DNA from: a virus
Taxonomy: Duplodnaviria > Caudoviricetes
Reading direction: 5' to 3' (one strand)
Virus record (IMG/VR): IMGVR_UViG_3300016270_000022
Location: 1 to 29,427 of that record
DNA length: 29,427 nucleotides
Below the pieces are notes generated by a model that searched no databases, was not told the DNA's origin, and saw nothing but the letters and a program-made list of their open reading frames with translations. A program made the translations under genes and the position numbers. Shown here piece after piece: positions 25,965-29,427 of this stretch (position 1 is its first letter; each line of letters begins with the position of its first letter).

Positions 25965-26476
25965 TTACAGGCCTTATCCTGAAATACCTTCCATCCATTA
26001 TTGGCGTACTTGCCCTAATTGCTGCTTTGGCGTGGATCTATGAACACATAGAAAACGAAGGCATTGCTAAAGGAAAGGCAAAAGTACAGGCACTTTGGGA
26101 CGCCGATACTAAGGCACGGCAACAAGCAGAAATAACTGCCGTTGCGCAACGCGAAAAAGAAAATGCCGCAACTGCACAGGCACAAACTGAAACAAATGAA
26201 TTACTGAAGAAAGAACACGCCAATGAAATCGCTAATCTTGATGCTAAGTATTCTGCTAGTCAGTTGCGCATCAACACCGCAATATGTGGTAAAGGATCTG
26301 CCGGCGCCGCCAAAGCCCCAAGCCCCAGCGGAAGCAATGAAGCCAATCCCACAACCAGGATACTTCCTGAGCCGTATAACACAAATATTAAGCAATTGAT
26401 GCGTGAGGCTGATGAACTAGCAGCTAGTTGCCGATCGCTTCAAGGATTCGTCAAAGACAATGGACTCGCCCCATAA
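25961..26476 (+). CDS. Rz: i-spanin (Rz-like)
   Basis: N-terminal TM helix, coiled coil, two Cys; follows the endolysin. Confidence 0.8.
   Translation: MITGLILKYLPSIIGVLALIAALAWIYEHIENEGIAKGKAKVQALWDADTKARQQAEITAVAQREKENAATAQAQTETNELLKKEHANEIANLDAKYSASQLRINTAICGKGSAGAAKAPSPSGSNEANPTTRILPEPYNTNIKQLMREADELAASCRSLQGFVKDNGLAP
26223..26399 (+). CDS. Rz1: o-spanin lipoprotein (Rz1-like), embedded in the +1 frame of Rz; not in the ORF track
   Basis: MKSLILMLSILLVSC lipobox then Pro-rich ASTPQYVVKDLPAPPKPQAPAEAMKPIPQPG; 58 aa. Confidence 0.8.
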   Translation: MKSLILMLSILLVSCASTPQYVVKDLPAPPKPQAPAEAMKPIPQPGYFLSRITQILSN

Positions 26477-26485
26477 GGAATAGGA

Positions 26486-27577
26486 ATGGCTACTCAATCT
26501 GCAACTACTGGTGGTCAAGGTATATTGAATGGAGCAGTGCAAGATCCCAATGCGCCAAATACTCAGGCCGATTTGAATAACAATCCATCTGTCACCGGTC
26601 AGCCACAGCAAAGCACAATCTCAAGTGCTGTAACCCCCAATGTTTCTGGTAATACTCAGCCGTCCTACAATCCATCGACTGATGTGTCGAGCTGGTATAC
26701 AAGCGAGCTTGGAAGGCATCCAGACGCCGCCGGTTTATCATACTGGGATCAGCAACTTGCATCTGGACAAAATCCAAATCAAGTAAAGAATAACTTTGAG
26801 TTGGCCGCCATACAAAACGGCGAAACCATTAACGGACATGGCGCGCAGACCTATAAACCTGCAATTCTATCCTCTCCAACAGCATTCACAGTTCAGCCAA
26901 ATCAAACAGTACAAGGGCAACTTACTGGTTTGATGGATCCCAATAGCCCGCTCATACAGCAAGCCGAAACCAGGGCCAACCAACAGGCAAATTCCAGAGG
27001 CCTGCTGAACTCTAGCATAGCCAATACAGGCGCCCAGGAAGCGGCCTATGCCGCAGCAATACCCATTGCGACCACTGATGCAGCAACTTACAATAATGCT
27101 GCTGGCTATAACGCCAACGAATCGAATATTTTTGCGATGCAAAATGCAAACGCGCAGAATGCCGCTGGACAGTTTGGAGCCAATGCAAACAATACGCTGA
27201 TGGGCGAACAGCTAGGCGCAAATACTCAGACATCTATTGCCAATGGCAATCAGGCGACCCAGCAGCAGATTGCGCAGATGCAGACAAATGCGCAAAAAAG
27301 CTTTTACGGTGCAAGTGACGCAACGCAGCTCGCTAATAACTATCAAGCTGCGATTGCTCAGATCGGTAGCCTCAATATGGACGAGGCTTCTAAGCAGGCA
27401 CTGCAAAACAATATCTTCTCTGCCTATCAACAAGCGGTTGCTGCACTCGATCAAAAACTTGGAATTCCAAATACATCGGGAATGCTTTCGTTTAATCCTG
27501 CGCCAGTAACTACGCCAACCGCTCCAGCGACAAACAATGGCGCTTCGTCTGGCATTTTGAATGGTGCTGCCGGTTAA
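26486..27577 (+). CDS. Putative internal virion/DNA ejection protein with a DUF4214-like segment
   Basis: Q/N/A-rich; RGLLNSS motif; WY...LGRHPDAAGLSYW segment. Confidence 0.6.
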   Translation: MATQSATTGGQGILNGAVQDPNAPNTQADLNNNPSVTGQPQQSTISSAVTPNVSGNTQPSYNPSTDVSSWYTSELGRHPDAAGLSYWDQQLASGQNPNQVKNNFELAAIQNGETINGHGAQTYKPAILSSPTAFTVQPNQTVQGQLTGLMDPNSPLIQQAETRANQQANSRGLLNSSIANTGAQEAAYAAAIPIATTDAATYNNAAGYNANESNIFAMQNANAQNAAGQFGANANNTLMGEQLGANTQTSIANGNQATQQQIAQMQTNAQKSFYGASDATQLANNYQAAIAQIGSLNMDEASKQALQNNIFSAYQQAVAALDQKLGIPNTSGMLSFNPAPVTTPTAPATNNGASSGILNGAAG

Positions 27578-28035
27578 TGCTTACATTTCAGCAGGAGTCC
27601 ATTCGCGAAATATGGCGAGAAATGGACGAGCTTCTTTCACTTCATTACGAAGAAGTTGCGCTATATAAGTCGTTGATAAAGCTGGAGCCAATGTGGAATC
27701 AGTATTTTGCGTTGGAAGATCTAGGCAGATTCATCATTTATACAGTTAGGGACGATGGTGTGCTTGTTGGGTACGGCGCATTTTTTGTTACCCCGCACAT
27801 GCACTACGGTTCAACGGTGGTTGCAATGAATGATGTCTTATTTATCCATCCTGAATACAGAAAGAGCACTGGCGGGTATCGCCTAATAAAGTTCTGCGAC
27901 GAATCTTTAAGGCAGCGCGGTGACATTCACAAAATCACATGGCATGTGAAGATCGCCAAGGATTGGACAAAGGTTCTGCATAAGCTTGGCTATGCAGATG
28001 AAGAAATTATGTGTGGGAAAATGGTGGGGAGCTAG
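27577..28035 (+). CDS. GNAT-fold acetyltransferase-like protein
   Basis: LVGY...LFIHPEYRKSTGGYRL...KLGY motif A/B pattern. Confidence 0.75.
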   Translation: MLTFQQESIREIWREMDELLSLHYEEVALYKSLIKLEPMWNQYFALEDLGRFIIYTVRDDGVLVGYGAFFVTPHMHYGSTVVAMNDVLFIHPEYRKSTGGYRLIKFCDESLRQRGDIHKITWHVKIAKDWTKVLHKLGYADEEIMCGKMVGS

Positions 28036-28036
28036 C

Positions 28037-28912
28037 ATGGGATTTACTGCTGTTGGAGCTGTACTAGCTGGTACGGCTGACGTAGCAACAACAATCGCTG
28101 CCGTGGGTGAGGTTGGCCTGGCTACTAGCGTTGTTGGTGCCGTTACGGGAAACTCTACGCTTACGAAAATTGGCGGATACATGGGCCTAGCTAGTGGCGT
28201 AGGATCGCTGGCAAATAGTGCCTTCGGTGCCGCCACAGATGCCGCAGCAACTGGCATAGGTTCTGGCATTCAAGACGCTGGCAATTCGTTCTCTGATGCA
28301 GGTTTTTCTGCTCAGAATGGACTTGATCAAGGATATGTCGGCTCAAATACAGCAGAAAGCGGATTGGACGGCAGCACTGGCGGTGGATTTGGCGAGGGTG
28401 TTGGCGGCGGAATGGGTGGTGGTAGCGATTCCTCTGTAAATTTCATGGGTGGCCAGACCGCATCCAATCCGCAAGATATCGGCGCGTCTGTAAGCCAATC
28501 TCCAAATCCAACTCCAAACGCTACAGCAAACTCCCCAGCGGATAACCAGCTCGCAACGCAACCGGACGGCACTTCTACTTTTGATGATTCTCGCTATGCG
28601 GCTCAGGCTGGTATTGATCCAAGCTATACGGCAACGAATGCAAATTCCATCAATGGAACTGCTGCCCAAGCTTTAAATGGGAATTCCTATTTCGACAAGC
28701 TTGCCAATTATCTTGGTACAGACAAAGGTATGAACACAAGCTTGCAGCTTGGTGCTGGTTTGCTGTCTGGTTTGGGACAAGCCTATAACGCTAATCGTAA
28801 CTATGAACTCAACAAGGATCTGGTTACATTGCGTCAGAACCAGGCAGCAAATATGAACGATCAGGTCAAGGTTGCGAAGAATCCAGGCATCCTTAACAGT
28901 GCGAAAGGTTAA
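28037..28912 (+). CDS. Putative DNA ejection protein
   Basis: Hydrophobic G/A-rich N-terminus, disordered middle, LGAGLLSGLG helix; GGGGAG SD. Confidence 0.6.
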   Translation: MGFTAVGAVLAGTADVATTIAAVGEVGLATSVVGAVTGNSTLTKIGGYMGLASGVGSLANSAFGAATDAAATGIGSGIQDAGNSFSDAGFSAQNGLDQGYVGSNTAESGLDGSTGGGFGEGVGGGMGGGSDSSVNFMGGQTASNPQDIGASVSQSPNPTPNATANSPADNQLATQPDGTSTFDDSRYAAQAGIDPSYTATNANSINGTAAQALNGNSYFDKLANYLGTDKGMNTSLQLGAGLLSGLGQAYNANRNYELNKDLVTLRQNQAANMNDQVKVAKNPGILNSAKG

Positions 28913-28914
28913 TC

Positions 28915-29427
28915 ATGCTACCAGTTCAAGGCCAAGATACAAATCCCATTCTGCAAAAAACTGAGCAAGGTATTCAGCAAAAAGTTCCGCAGAATCTTCA
29001 AGACCAGTTTCAGAAGGTAATCACTGCTGGCCAAACCATTATGTATTCAGGAAATGGCAAACTGATCGCGCAGCAGCTAAATAAGCCTGGCGATGTTTTG
29101 CAGAATGTAGGCGAGGGCGCGGCAAAACTGGTTGGTAAACTATTCCAGCAATCAGGCCATCAATTGCCAGTTTCACTCGCTGCTCCCGCCGCGATTATAT
29201 TTATGTGCGAGGCGTTGGACTATCTGGAACAGTCTGGGAAAATCCAGGTTACAAATGATGTAGTGGCGAAGGCCACCCAGGACACATCTGCTTACGTTCT
29301 GCAATTATTTGGCGTGTCCCAAGACAAACTGCATCAGATCATTGCTAATGCACACGGTGAGGGCGCAGTTCCTCATCCAGCAGGAAACCCAGCGGCGAAT
29401 ATACCAAATCCGCCACAACCTTCACAA
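28915..29427 (+). CDS. Hypothetical virion-module protein, 3'-truncated by window edge
   Basis: AAGG SD, ATG 28915, MLPVQGQDTNPILQK..., frame appears open to the end. Confidence 0.65.
   Translation, partial: MLPVQGQDTNPILQKTEQGIQQKVPQNLQDQFQKVITAGQTIMYSGNGKLIAQQLNKPGDVLQNVGEGAAKLVGKLFQQSGHQLPVSLAAPAAIIFMCEALDYLEQSGKIQVTNDVVAKATQDTSAYVLQLFGVSQDKLHQIIANAHGEGAVPHPAGNPAANIPNPPQPSQ

Noticed and set aside
1-29427. CRISPR array, integrase/att site, recoded stop codons
   Set aside because: No regularly spaced repeats or integrase seen; genes tile densely under the standard code with all three stops used

Overview
This window is the late (morphogenesis and lysis) region of a tailed dsDNA phage or prophage with podovirus-type architecture; all credible genes are on the + strand and the host cannot be fixed from sequence alone. 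It opens with a truncated HNH gene, a sigma70 promoter, a short leader, a terminator and a boxA site. About 450 nt of densely structured non-coding DNA follow, then an intact tnpB-only IS200/IS605 element (833-2205, TTGAT target) inserted into the closing stem of a kissing-loop RNA, and an atypical tRNA-Gly(TCC). After several small ORFs comes an accessory module upstream of the terminase: two paralogous beta-helix proteins, a repeat protein and small peptides. Head genes are terS, terL, portal, scaffold, an N4-gp56-like major capsid protein and two paralogous putative decoration proteins. Tail genes are an adaptor and a nozzle sharing an inserted domain, a tail fibre and a chaperone. These are followed by holins, an endolysin, Rz/Rz1, putative ejection proteins and a GNAT protein. 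Three free-standing homing endonucleases and the scar of a deleted one interrupt the structural operon. The best novelty candidates are the ncRNA cluster at the head of the late operon and the pre-terminase beta-helix module. Protein calls come from motif recognition and synteny, not from database searches.
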